Shown piece after piece: positions 1-10,256 of a stretch of 64,000 nt of DNA. The DNA comes from an uncultured Flavobacteriales bacterium (lineage in GTDB: Bacteria > Bacteroidota > Bacteroidia > UBA10329), in contig CALCGD010000268.1 in the NCBI GenBank assembly GCA_937900875.1, forward strand, positions 4,334 through 68,333. Direction: 5' to 3'. The stretch's first letter is position 1. Each line of letters opens with the position of its first letter. The position numbers and the translations under genes are program-made. The notes beneath the pieces are model-generated. The model was not told the origin of the DNA. It worked only from the letters and a program-made list of their open reading frames with translations, and made no database searches.

Positions 1-1373
1 TCAGACCTATAGTAGAACCGGTTTGGGTCATTCTCATCGTTAAACGTATAATCAAGTTCTAAACCACCATACGTTTTATTCATCTTTTCGCTAAGCGCAT
101 GTAGTTCTGTACTTAGCTTATCTGACCCAATTAGATAGACATAATTAGAATCAGGAGCGTGAGCTTCATCTATACGTCCTATCATGTCTACATTAAGATT
201 TGCCACTGTGTTTTTGAGCGGAAAAACTGGGTTGTCCGTATAGTACTCAGACCCTAGCAACCCTTTCTCTTCTCCAGAAACAGTCATAAAAAGCATGCTT
301 CTTTTCGGTCCATTTCCGTCTGCTTTCGCCTTCATAAACGCTTCGGCCAATTCTATTATCGTTGTTGTTCCTGAACCATCATCGTCTGCACCATTAAAAA
401 TCTCGTCTCCTTTTTTTCCAAGGTGGTCATAGTGAGCGGTAATTACAACCAACTCATCTGGTTTTTCACTTCCTTCCAAGTACGCCAACACATTTTCAGA
501 GATAAGTTCTTCCCTCCTTTTTTTAACAGTGATTTCGACCTTCTGCGGAACCTTAATACTAATTGATGTTCCAGTTTTAGAAATTCTCTTTTCTAAAACC
601 TCGTATCCGCCTCTTACGTTGGCCGCGTCTAAAAACTGGTTTGCTTTTTTAGAGCTTATATAGATTAGTGGAATCCCGCTTTGTTCTGCAGGGCTATCAC
701 CCAGCTCCAAATTTGGTCGCTTTATATATCTTCCATATTGAGAAACAGATGACGTTAGGTTGTCGTCAATTACCAACAATGCCTTGGCCCCTTTAGACCG
801 TGCAAGCTCAATTTTTAACGACCAGTCTACCGTCCAATCGCTCTTATCCTTACTCTTGGTGACTTGCGATACGCCTTTTCTGGTTACCGGTTCTCCAGCA
901 GAAATTAACAGCACTTTACCTTTTACATCAACCCCGTTATAATCGCTGTATTTTTCTGAATCTATGCCATAGCCTAAGTACAGAAGCTCGTCAGATTTAA
1001 CAACCATATCTCCAAATCCTGGGAAATAATACATGTCTTTTAAAAACCGCAAAGAATCTCCTCCTACCACAAGACTTACCGTATCGGGATAGGTTAGTTG
1101 CAACTTGAAGGGTTGGAAATATCCGTTCAGTTTTTCTATTGGCACAAAGCCAAATTCTTGAAAACGCTCCTTTATATACTCAGCCGCTTTTTTTTGCCCT
1201 GGTTGCCCTGTCTCACGGCCTTCAAAATTATCAGACGCAATAATTTCTAACCTGCTTCGTAGGTCCTTTACAGTTATCGTTTCAGCATATTTTACAGCCG
1301 TATGATTGGTTTGAGCCAAAGCCCCAACGCTGCTAAAAACCAGTGCAAGTAGTAACGGTAATCTTAACATGAA
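1..1373 (-). CDS. M28 family peptidase with PA domain; partial, C-terminus lies beyond the window start. Secreted.
   Basis: Reverse-strand translation from the ATG at 1373 gives a signal peptide (MLRLPLLLALVFSSVGALAQ), then a PA-domain-like region and M28 motifs (HYDHLG, DDDGSG, EEKGLLGS). There is no stop before position 1. Confidence 0.8.
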
Positions 1374-1798
1374 ATAGCAATTTTATCTACCCGTGTGGCG
1401 TGTCTTCCCCCTTCAAAACTGGTATTTAGAAATTTGTCTACACACTCGATAGCTGTTTTCTCAGATATGAATCTTGCTGGTAGCGAAAGCACATTCGCAT
1501 CGTTATGCAATCTAGTAAGTTCGGCAATTTCAGCAGTCCAACTAATTCCAGCTCTAACGTTGGCATATTTATTAGCAGTCATAGCAACTCCATTTCCACT
1601 GCCACAAATAATTATTCCAAAAGCTATTTCTCCATCATTAATGGCTTTTGCCAAAGGATGAATAGCATCAGGATAATCCATTCGGTCTGCCGTTGACGGA
1701 CCGAAGTCAGTAATTTTAATTCCTTTTTCAATCAATTCTTGTTTTACTCGCTCTTTTAGCTCAAAACCAGCATGATCGCACGAAATAGCAATGTGCAT
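1364..1798 (-). CDS. rpiB: Ribose-5-phosphate isomerase B
   Basis: 144 aa with RpiB/LacAB hallmarks (MHIAISCDHAGFELK, IICGSGNGVAMTANK). It overlaps the downstream M28 gene start by about 10 nt. Confidence 0.9.
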   Translation of the reverse strand: MHIAISCDHAGFELKERVKQELIEKGIKITDFGPSTADRMDYPDAIHPLAKAINDGEIAFGIIICGSGNGVAMTANKYANVRAGISWTAEIAELTRLHNDANVLSLPARFISEKTAIECVDKFLNTSFEGGRHATRVDKIAISC

Positions 1799-2314
1799 AT
1801 TGTGTTTTTAGTTGTTAATAACCTAATTCTAATATTTATTTAAAAAGACTGTAAATGCTAGTGGTAGCAAGGGTTTGTAAGTCTTTTCCAAAATTCTCAC
1901 TTATTCACATTAATTAGCGGTAAAACTAAATTGCTTGTTAACATCTTCTCAAACAAAAATTTGTGCCTTTGATTCTTTAATTGCAGTTGGGCAAATAGTT
2001 GGAATATGCAAACAAAACGATCGTAAAAATGTCAACAATCCACATATCAAAATCTGACCAACCTGCTGTTGTTAGTTACAAACAATTTCAGTTATGCACT
2101 CCTCGTTAATAAAAAGCTAACTGACTGATATTATGCAACAAACCAACTTTTAAACTTGTTTATTTCTTGTTAAGTAATGCTGATAAACTTGTTATGCAAC
2201 TTATTATTAAAGATGTTCTACACGAACTAACAAGCATATAATAATACCATAGGTTTTAAATAATCTCTTATTATATATTCTATAGAGTGTTCATCAAATT
2301 ATTAGGATTCTTGA

Positions 2315-3868
2315 ATGCAACTATCTTTATCGTTCTCAATGAAAAAATACTTCTCTGTCGTTTTTATTCTAGTCTGTAACCTAGGTTTGGTTATTGGGCA
2401 AGAAGCAGAATTTGTAAAATTCACTTACGAAAATGGTGCTGTTTCCAGCGAAGGTTACATGGTTAATAATCAACCAGAATTGTACTGGAAAACTTATTAC
2501 CCTGATGGAATGCTTAAATCAGAAGGCAATCGGTTAAATCACAAGTTAGATAGTATTTGGAAATTTTATGCACCTGATGCTACACTTACCAAAAGTATCT
2601 CCTACAGCGAAGGGCTAAAATCAGGTCTATCTCAATCGTTTTCTGAAGGCGGAATTCTTGTTCAGGAAGATACTTACAGAAGGGATATTCGTATTGGTGT
2701 GACTAAAAAATATTATGCTTCTGGCCAAATAAGTGAAACCATTCCTCTGGACACCCTTGATAAAGGAAAGGAACAAGGAATTGGGTATGAATATTCAGAA
2801 GAAGATGGGCGAATTACCGCTGTAATCGAATACAGAAATGGTTTTATTAGTGGTAGAGAGCGAATAAATAGAAAAGATAAATTCAATCAGAAACAAGGGT
2901 TGTGGCGCTATTTCTATGACAATCGACAAACAAAAGAGGAAGGGCGGTTTAAAAATGATAAAAGACATGGATACTGGAAAACATTTGATGATGAAGGAAA
3001 TTTGATAGAAACCTTCAAGTATGAAATTGGAATTCTCATCCCAGAACCAGAAGAGTTAGCTAAACTTGATATTAAGAGGGAATATCATTCAAATGCACAA
3101 GTAAAATCAGTAGGTAGTTACAGTAAGGGAGTGAAAGAAGGGGTGCATAGAGAGTATACACCAACAGGAGAAGTTACTTCAGCAAAAATTTACAGCAAAG
3201 GAAAAATAGTAGGTGATGGTATTGTAGACGCTGAAGGCAAACGACAAGGTCCCTGGAAAGAGTATTATGATACCGGTGAATTAAGAAGTGAAGGGAATTA
3301 TAAGAATGGAATTAGAGAAGGAACCTGGGTATTTTACTACACAGAAGGAAAAGAAGAACAAAGAGGGGCCTATCACAAAGGAAAGGTGGATGGAGAGTGG
3401 AAATGGATACATAGGAATGGTACTACTTGGAGAGAAGAAATTTTCTATGATGGTTTGGAGGAGGGACTTGCTATAGAATATAACGATACTGGTAAAGTAG
3501 TTTCAAAAGGTAATTACTTGTCTGGAGAACGTGAAGGGATTTGGTTTCTAGACTTAGGTGATGGCATAGAAGAAGGAAACTATGTCGCTGGACAACAAAA
3601 TGGTATTTGGAAATCGTATTACCTAGATGGAAAAATAAAATTTGAAGGAAAATTTGAGCAAGGATTAGAAGCAGGAACGCACAGTTACTACTATAATACT
3701 GGTCAAAAAAGTGTTGGCGGATTGTACAAGTTTGGCCAAAAAGAAGGAGATTGGGTATACTATGATGTTGCTGGGCTGATTACTCGAACAATAACTTATA
3801 AATTGGGAGTAGTTACCAAGGTTGATGGAGAAAGAATAGAACAACCAGAAAAAGTAGATGTGCGCTAA
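2315..3868 (+). CDS. Secreted MORN-repeat (variant 2, YwqK-like) protein. The true start is possibly at the MKKYF Met near 2339.
   Basis: Signal peptide, then more than 12 iterations of the G.W..YY.NG.l..EG.Y.NG...G.W motif. Its stop overlaps the start of the downstream histidine kinase. Confidence 0.75.
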   Translation: MQLSLSFSMKKYFSVVFILVCNLGLVIGQEAEFVKFTYENGAVSSEGYMVNNQPELYWKTYYPDGMLKSEGNRLNHKLDSIWKFYAPDATLTKSISYSEGLKSGLSQSFSEGGILVQEDTYRRDIRIGVTKKYYASGQISETIPLDTLDKGKEQGIGYEYSEEDGRITAVIEYRNGFISGRERINRKDKFNQKQGLWRYFYDNRQTKEEGRFKNDKRHGYWKTFDDEGNLIETFKYEIGILIPEPEELAKLDIKREYHSNAQVKSVGSYSKGVKEGVHREYTPTGEVTSAKIYSKGKIVGDGIVDAEGKRQGPWKEYYDTGELRSEGNYKNGIREGTWVFYYTEGKEEQRGAYHKGKVDGEWKWIHRNGTTWREEIFYDGLEEGLAIEYNDTGKVVSKGNYLSGEREGIWFLDLGDGIEEGNYVAGQQNGIWKSYYLDGKIKFEGKFEQGLEAGTHSYYYNTGQKSVGGLYKFGQKEGDWVYYDVAGLITRTITYKLGVVTKVDGERIEQPEKVDVR

Positions 3869-5693
3869 ATTAAAGCAACAAGAAAGCCCAACTCGCTATC
3901 AGAACTTGGTAGAAAGTTTACCAGTTGGTGTGCTAATTATCAAAGATGGCCTAGTTGATTACGCAAATCCGCATGCAATAAAAATGCTCGGTTTAGCGAG
4001 CATAGAATCTGGAATTATTAAACCAACAGAATTTCTACACCCGTCTTATAATAATGAGTTTGACCTGCTTTTAAACAACATTAAAAAGGGCAAAAATCCA
4101 GGCTTTATTGAACTTAAAGTTAGGGTTGCAAATCTTCGAACCATTCTTGATGTTGAAACAAGTGGTGGTCTTTTGGACGATGGTTCTATACAGCTATTGA
4201 TACATGATGTTTCCACACGGAAACAACTAGCGAGAGAGCAGCTTAGGGCTCAAATAGCTGAAGAAACAAACCTGCAGTTACAACGTGAAATTATTGAGCG
4301 TACTAAAGCAGAGAAAGAACTTCGTCATGCAAAACAGTATGCAAGAAGTATCATTGACAGTTCGTTAGATATGATTGTTGCTACGGACATAGACTACAAC
4401 ATAAACGAGTTTAATGCAGCTGCTGAGGAAACCTTCGGATATAGTAGAGAAGAGGTTTTAGGAAGTCCCCTGTCCATTTTGTTTTCGGACGAGGTAGAAA
4501 TGAAAAAAGTAGTTGGTCATATTACCAATCAAGGGTCTTTGGCCAACGAAATTATTAACCGTAAAAAGGATGGAACGTTTTTTATATCTTTTCTGTCAGC
4601 GTCAGTTTTAAAGAATGAGAAGGGAGATATTGTTGGAGCGATGGGTGTTTCGCGCGACATCACAGCAATTAAAAAAGCAGAAGAGGAACTTAGGTTAAGC
4701 GAAGAACGACATAGAGCAATCTATGACCAAGCCTACATTGGTATTGCTCGAATAGCCAAAATGGGTAGGTTTCTTTTGGTGAATGAAAGGCTATGTAGCA
4801 TGTTGGGTTATGAGGCCGATGAATTGTATAAAAAGACTTTTTATGAACTTGGCGTACCGGAAGAAGTAGAAGAGAGTTTAGTTGATTGGGATCAATTGCT
4901 TAGTGGAAAGATTAAAAATTTTTCTCGTGAACAAACTTATGTCCGTAAGGATGGAGATGTATTGAGCGCAAATGTCACTGTATCTTTGGTTCGTGACTCT
5001 AACGAAAATCCAAATTATTTTGTTGCTGTTTTCGAGGATATAACTGAGAGGAAAGAATACGAAAGTCAGTTAGAAGAGTCGATCAAAGAGAAAGAAGTTT
5101 TACTTAAAGAAGTACATCATCGCGTAAAGAATAATATGCAGGTGATTTCAAGTATCCTCAATTTACAATCGTCATATATTGATGATGAAACGGCTTTGGC
5201 TATTCTTCGGGAAAGTCAAGACAGGATTAAATCAATGTCTTTCGTTCACGAGAGTTTGTATCAGAGTAAGACCTTGTCGGAGGTAAATTTTTCAGAGTAT
5301 ATTCAGAATATTGCCCGTAATCTTTTTCATTCATATGGTAGACCGGAAGGAGGATTGTCGCTGGATTTTAATTTGGAGGAAATTTTCTTGAATTTGGATA
5401 CGTCAATTCCGTGCGGGTTAATCATTAATGAAGTGGTTTCTAATTCTCTAAAATATGCCTTTGAGGGTCGTAGAACAGGTCGGATTAACATAGATTTTTC
5501 TAGATTATCTGATGGTAGATTGAAACTTATTATAGGAGATGATGGTATAGGGTTACCAGCTAACTTCGATATAGAGAATGCGGAGTCGTTGGGATTGCAA
5601 CTTGTAACCACTTTGATTACTCAAATTGGCGGAGAGTTGGATATTGTAATAAAGGAAGGAACCAAGTTTAATATTCTGTTTAAAGAACAATAA
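3858..5693 (+). CDS. Cytoplasmic PAS-domain sensor histidine kinase (HisKA_2/HWE-type with HATPase_c)
   Basis: Coiled-coil plus PAS segments, an H-box (EVHHRVKNNMQVISSILNLQ), and ATPase G-boxes (IGDDGIGLP; GLQLV). No TM helices were seen. Confidence 0.85.
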   Translation: MCAKLKQQESPTRYQNLVESLPVGVLIIKDGLVDYANPHAIKMLGLASIESGIIKPTEFLHPSYNNEFDLLLNNIKKGKNPGFIELKVRVANLRTILDVETSGGLLDDGSIQLLIHDVSTRKQLAREQLRAQIAEETNLQLQREIIERTKAEKELRHAKQYARSIIDSSLDMIVATDIDYNINEFNAAAEETFGYSREEVLGSPLSILFSDEVEMKKVVGHITNQGSLANEIINRKKDGTFFISFLSASVLKNEKGDIVGAMGVSRDITAIKKAEEELRLSEERHRAIYDQAYIGIARIAKMGRFLLVNERLCSMLGYEADELYKKTFYELGVPEEVEESLVDWDQLLSGKIKNFSREQTYVRKDGDVLSANVTVSLVRDSNENPNYFVAVFEDITERKEYESQLEESIKEKEVLLKEVHHRVKNNMQVISSILNLQSSYIDDETALAILRESQDRIKSMSFVHESLYQSKTLSEVNFSEYIQNIARNLFHSYGRPEGGLSLDFNLEEIFLNLDTSIPCGLIINEVVSNSLKYAFEGRRTGRINIDFSRLSDGRLKLIIGDDGIGLPANFDIENAESLGLQLVTTLITQIGGELDIVIKEGTKFNILFKEQ

Positions 5694-5695
5694 TT

Positions 5696-6448
5696 ATGGC
5701 AAAAACAAGCGTACTTGTCGTTGAGGATGAGAGTATCGTAGCAAAGGATATACAAAACAGCCTAAAAAAACTTGGCTATGCTGTTCCTGCAGTAGTTAAT
5801 AGTGGTGAAGACGCGATTGATGCAGCCGGAGAACATCGTCCAAATCTGATCCTTATGGACATTATGTTGAAAGGTGATATTAGTGGTATTGAAGCAGCTG
5901 AACAGATTAAAAACCGGTACAGAATACCGGTTATTTTCTTGACGGCTTATGCAGATGAAAGCACATTGAGTAAAGCTAAAGTTACTGAGCCTTATGGTTA
6001 CATCATTAAGCCGTTTAAAGAGATTGACCTGCACACTTCAATAGAAATGGCTTTGTATAAGCACGGCAAGGAGCAGGAAGTCAGAAAGGAGCGTGATTTG
6101 TATTCCTCTATCGTTTTAGATAAGTCAGTTGAAGATTGCATATTCGTGAAATCTAATAGTCGGTTGGTTAAGGTTAAAACAAAAGAAATTTATTTCGTAG
6201 AGGCTTTGAAGGATTATGTCATCATTCAAACAAAGGATGCGAAGTTTACCGTTCACTCTACCATGAAAGATATGCTTACAAAACTTTCGAGCAGCGAGTT
6301 CCTTAGAGTGCATCGATCATTTATTGTTAGGGTTGACAAAATTTTAGCAATCGAACAAAATAATTTGGTTATTGAGGATGACAAAAAGATTATACCTGTA
6401 GGTGGTTCCTACCGAGATGAGTTGCATAGTCGATTGAAGTTTGTGTAA
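5696..6448 (+). CDS. Response regulator with CheY-like receiver and LytTR DNA-binding domain
   Basis: N-terminal receiver (VLVVEDE...LILMDIMLKGD...K), C-terminal LytTR region (IFVKSNSRLVKVKTKEIYFVEALKDYV...). It lies 3 nt after the kinase stop. Confidence 0.88.
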   Translation: MAKTSVLVVEDESIVAKDIQNSLKKLGYAVPAVVNSGEDAIDAAGEHRPNLILMDIMLKGDISGIEAAEQIKNRYRIPVIFLTAYADESTLSKAKVTEPYGYIIKPFKEIDLHTSIEMALYKHGKEQEVRKERDLYSSIVLDKSVEDCIFVKSNSRLVKVKTKEIYFVEALKDYVIIQTKDAKFTVHSTMKDMLTKLSSSEFLRVHRSFIVRVDKILAIEQNNLVIEDDKKIIPVGGSYRDELHSRLKFV

Positions 6449-6570
6449 CAGCCTTATTTTCAATAAGTTACATGTATAGGCATTAAAGCTCTATATTTCT
6501 CTGTAGAATAAAGATAAATGGATTTACATGGTCTGGCCCCAGGTAATCCGTAGGAAGCCTTTAGGTGCCC

Positions 6571-7485
6571 TTAAACGACCTTTTGAAAGACGTAGGTCAC
6601 GCTTGACGCCTTTTGTTTTTCTGATATCGCCCATAGGTTTGAAACGAGACCTATAATTAAAGCAGATCCCCACCCAATTACATTTTGAAGGAAACCTTTT
6701 TGACGTGAATTCTTTTCACTAAGCAGGCTGACGTAAAATGAATCAAACCACATTGGTTTGATTTGCTTTAAGATAAAGCCGTGTTTTTGTAATAAGGGCT
6801 CAATAGACTTTAGGTCAAAGTGATATAGATGTCTGGGTACATCATATGCGGCCCATGTTGTACCATAATGTTTGGCATCGTAAGATTGGTAATTCGGGAC
6901 CGCAATAATCAAAGTTCCTTTATCATTGGCTATTCGGCTGAATTCCGCTAGCGTTTCGTTGAGCGTATGAACATGTTCTAGTACATGCCAAAGGGTAATA
7001 ATGCTAATGCTATTAGAGTCGATTACACTAATACTTTCAATTAACTCAACGTTTGAACTTTTGTTTTTTATTCGTTCCCGCGCAGATAAATCTGGTTCAT
7101 ATGCGTAAACATACCAACCGTTTTTCTGAAGTTCAATGCTAAAATCTCCTGTACCTGCTCCGAAATCTAATGCGTTTTTTTGTTTCGAAAGGGAGTTTAG
7201 AAAGTTGATTTTTCTGCTAAGGGTGTAGCTTTTTACTACCCGGTATAAGGTAAAAAGCAGTCCAGATTTCGTATCTGTATGCGATACATATTCTGGGTTG
7301 TCGTAGTATTTTCCGATGGCCCCTGCTGTTGGGCGTGGGTTGGTGAAACAAAGACTACAGGATGAGCACCTGTCAATATTAAATTTGTTTTTAGAATAGG
7401 TGTAATCTATGGCGGAAATGGTTTTTACTAATTGTTCTGATCCGCATGAAGGGCAGAATTGAAGTTTTTCAAGAGATTGTTCCAC
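6571..7485 (-). CDS. Class I SAM-dependent methyltransferase with N-terminal zinc ribbon
   Basis: CxxC...CxxC near the N-terminus; SAM motif I (LDFGAGTGDFS); methyltransferase type 11/12-like core. Confidence 0.75.
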   Translation of the reverse strand: MEQSLEKLQFCPSCGSEQLVKTISAIDYTYSKNKFNIDRCSSCSLCFTNPRPTAGAIGKYYDNPEYVSHTDTKSGLLFTLYRVVKSYTLSRKINFLNSLSKQKNALDFGAGTGDFSIELQKNGWYVYAYEPDLSARERIKNKSSNVELIESISVIDSNSISIITLWHVLEHVHTLNETLAEFSRIANDKGTLIIAVPNYQSYDAKHYGTTWAAYDVPRHLYHFDLKSIEPLLQKHGFILKQIKPMWFDSFYVSLLSEKNSRQKGFLQNVIGWGSALIIGLVSNLWAISEKQKASSVTYVFQKVV

Positions 7486-7491
7486 GTGAAA

Positions 7492-9360
7492 CTATTTACC
7501 TAAATGAACTAAAAGTACCGATATGTCCGATGGGGATACACCGCTAATTCTGGCGGCTTGCCCGAGACTAGATGGCTTTATTTGGGTCAGTTTAATTCTA
7601 GATTCCATGGACAAAGATTTGAGGGAGCCATAATTGAAATCTGGATGAAGTTGAATGTTTTCAAACTTTAATATTTTTTCTGCGGAGTCCTGTTCTTTTT
7701 GAATGTATCCGCTGTATTTGGCCTTAATCTCCACCTGTTCAATCACTGCAGGGTCCTCGCTAATTGAGTGTATTGAATGACCCACAGATGGAATTGAATG
7801 AATCATAGATGGAAGGTCGACTTCTGGCCTTGTAATTAATGAATACGCTCGCAGTTTTTGGCTAACGACAGCACTGTTTTTAGATTTTAGGTATGCATTG
7901 CTTTCCGAAACCTCTAAGCTTAGTTTGCCTAGTGCCTTTTCAATTTGGAGGACATCTTCAATTTTAGCCTGTACATTTTTCAATCTTGTTTCCGATGCCA
8001 AGCCCAATTTGTAACCGAGATGGGTAAGCCTAATGTCTGCATTGTCTTGTCTCAATAAAATTCTATGTTCTGCTCTCGAGGTGAACATGCGGTATGGTTC
8101 GTCAGTTCCTTTGGTAATAAGGTCATCAATAAGTACACCTATATAAGCATCAGATCGTCCAAGGATGAACGGTGATTTACCGGATACGTTTTGATGTGCA
8201 TTTATACCAGCCATCAATCCTTGGCACGCAGCTTCTTCATAGCCGGTTGTGCCGTTTATTTGTCCAGCAAAGAAAAGGTTATTTACAATTTTTGTTTCTA
8301 ATGTATGTGTAAGTTGAGTTGGCGGGAAGTAATCATATTCAATAGCATATCCTGGTCGAAAAATTTTAGCCTTTTCAAATCCTTTTATTTCTTGTAAAGC
8401 TTGATATTGTACATCTTCTGGGAGGGAAGTAGAAAAGCCGTTTAAATAAACCTCTACTGTATCCCAGCCTTCTGGCTCAACAAAAAGTTGATGTGAGTCT
8501 TTACCGGCAAATCGTTCGATTTTATCCTCTATTGAGGGACAGTACCTAGGACCTAGTCCTTGGATTCTGCCGTTAAACATAGGCGATCGGTCAAAGCCGA
8601 GCCGAAGGGTATCGTGCACTTTTTCGCTAGTATAAGCAAGATGACAACTTCGCTGCGTAGTTAATGACGTGGTATTTGTGAAGCTAAACTTATTTGGGTT
8701 TTCATCTCCGGGCTGTTCTTCTAATACAGAATAATCAATACTTCGTCCGTCTATTCTAGGAGGAGTACCAGTCTTCATTCTTCCACTAGAAAAACCTAGT
8801 TTTTGTAGGCATTCGGTAAGACCAGTCGATGCCTTTTCTGCACTGCGACCTCCTCCAAAGTTTTTCTCTCCAATATGAATCAGTCCATTTAGGAAGGTGC
8901 CATTGGTAAGGATAACAGAACTTGATTCAAACGTCAATCCTAACGATGTTTTTACTCCGCTGATACAGTTGTTTATGGTACTAATAGAAACAACAGTGTC
9001 TTGCCAAAAATCAAGATTATCTGTTTGCTCTAATAACATTCGCCACTCGTAAGCAAATTTGTATCTGTCATTTTGGGTCCTGGGGCTCCACATTGCTGGG
9101 CCTTTTGAGCGGTTGAGCATACGGAATTGGATCATTGATCGGTCTGAGACGATACCAGAGTAACCACCTAAAGCATCTATTTCTCTAACAATTTGGCCCT
9201 TTGCTACTCCGCCCATTGCCGGGTTACATGACATCTGACCTATGGTGGCCATGTTCATGGTGATAAGGAGGGTTTTAGAGCCAAGGTTAGCAGCAGCAGC
9301 GGCAGCTTCACATCCTGCGTGTCCTCCACCAACAACAATTACATCATAGTGTTTTTGCAT
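7492..9360 (-). CDS. mnmG: tRNA uridine-5-carboxymethylaminomethyl synthesis enzyme MnmG (GidA)
   Basis: FAD-binding N-terminus (YDVIVVGGGHAGCEAA) and MnmG motifs across the 622-aa length. Confidence 0.95.
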   Translation of the reverse strand: MQKHYDVIVVGGGHAGCEAAAAAANLGSKTLLITMNMATIGQMSCNPAMGGVAKGQIVREIDALGGYSGIVSDRSMIQFRMLNRSKGPAMWSPRTQNDRYKFAYEWRMLLEQTDNLDFWQDTVVSISTINNCISGVKTSLGLTFESSSVILTNGTFLNGLIHIGEKNFGGGRSAEKASTGLTECLQKLGFSSGRMKTGTPPRIDGRSIDYSVLEEQPGDENPNKFSFTNTTSLTTQRSCHLAYTSEKVHDTLRLGFDRSPMFNGRIQGLGPRYCPSIEDKIERFAGKDSHQLFVEPEGWDTVEVYLNGFSTSLPEDVQYQALQEIKGFEKAKIFRPGYAIEYDYFPPTQLTHTLETKIVNNLFFAGQINGTTGYEEAACQGLMAGINAHQNVSGKSPFILGRSDAYIGVLIDDLITKGTDEPYRMFTSRAEHRILLRQDNADIRLTHLGYKLGLASETRLKNVQAKIEDVLQIEKALGKLSLEVSESNAYLKSKNSAVVSQKLRAYSLITRPEVDLPSMIHSIPSVGHSIHSISEDPAVIEQVEIKAKYSGYIQKEQDSAEKILKFENIQLHPDFNYGSLKSLSMESRIKLTQIKPSSLGQAARISGVSPSDISVLLVHLGK

Positions 9361-9423
9361 AGCTCACCTAACCGTTTCACGTGGAACAAACCTAACTAAT
9401 TGAAAATCAACTGGTTGAATCAA

Positions 9424-9846
9424 TTAGTGAACCCGCGAAGATAGATAAAAATCCTCTTTATGGGTCATCCGCTCTTTTTCTTCAGCAGATTTGTCTTTGT
9501 AACCAAGTAGGTGTAGAAGGCCATGAATCATTATCCGATCAAGCTCCTCTCTCACCGGTACACCAACAGACGCAGCATTATCAATTACCCTATCAATGCT
9601 GATAAACACATCGCCTGAGACGGTTTTTTCGTCAGAATAATCGAAGGTTATTACGTCAGTATAATAGTCGTGGCAAAGGTGTTTTTGATTGAGTTCTAAA
9701 AGATAATCATCAGAGCAGAAAATATAGGTCAGCTCGGACAGATTCTTTTGTTCGGATTTGCATACCGAAATGAACCAGCTGGTTGTTTCTGGTTGATTAC
9801 TAATAGAATATTCAGTTTGTTCTGAGGCGAACGAAACGGAGGGCAT
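9424..9846 (-). CDS. ybeY: rRNA maturation endoribonuclease YbeY
   Basis: 140 aa with the H..LHL.GYDH metal-binding motif (IHGLLHLLGYKD). Confidence 0.9.
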   Translation of the reverse strand: MPSVSFASEQTEYSISNQPETTSWFISVCKSEQKNLSELTYIFCSDDYLLELNQKHLCHDYYTDVITFDYSDEKTVSGDVFISIDRVIDNAASVGVPVREELDRIMIHGLLHLLGYKDKSAEEKERMTHKEDFYLSSRVH

Positions 9847-10248
9847 TTATCCGACTTTGAAAATCATTTCGACCTTAGTTCCGTTTTCTGAGAACTCAAC
9901 TTCATCGGCCAAGTGTTTCATTAGAAAAACGCCACGGCCACTAATCTTTTCTAGATTTTCAGGGTCAGTCGGGTCAGGTAAACTATCATGGTCAAAACCC
10001 TCTCCTTCATCGCGAACGCTAAAGGAAAGCCTGTCAGCGCGCTCAATAAATTCTAGGTGAACTTTTTTCTCTGGGTTTTGTCGGTTACCATGGTTTATCG
10101 CATTGTTAACTGCTTCAGTTACAGCGATAAGTATGTTTCCATAGTAGTCTTCGTCAACAGAGAATTTTTTACATACATCATCAACCAGCTTTTCGGCAAT
10201 TACGATGTTGTCGGCCTTTGAGTCGAAATTCAGGCTTTGTTTTTCCAT
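9847..10248 (-). CDS. GHKL-type ATP-binding protein (anti-sigma regulatory factor / Ser kinase-like)
   Basis: 133 aa with an N-box (EAVNNAINHGN) and a G-box-like segment (DEGEGFD). Its stop abuts the ybeY start. Confidence 0.7.
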   Translation of the reverse strand: MEKQSLNFDSKADNIVIAEKLVDDVCKKFSVDEDYYGNILIAVTEAVNNAINHGNRQNPEKKVHLEFIERADRLSFSVRDEGEGFDHDSLPDPTDPENLEKISGRGVFLMKHLADEVEFSENGTKVEMIFKVG

Positions 10249-10256
10249 TGGTCTAG

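Noticed and set aside
760-1696. Small plus-strand ORFs (760..942, 1395..1661, 1505..1696)
   Set aside because: Antisense to the well-supported M28 peptidase and rpiB genes, with no motifs.
6449-6570. Possible terminator between the LytTR regulator and the convergent methyltransferase
   Set aside because: Only 4-bp palindromes (GTCA-CGCT-TGAC) without a convincing stem or U-tract.
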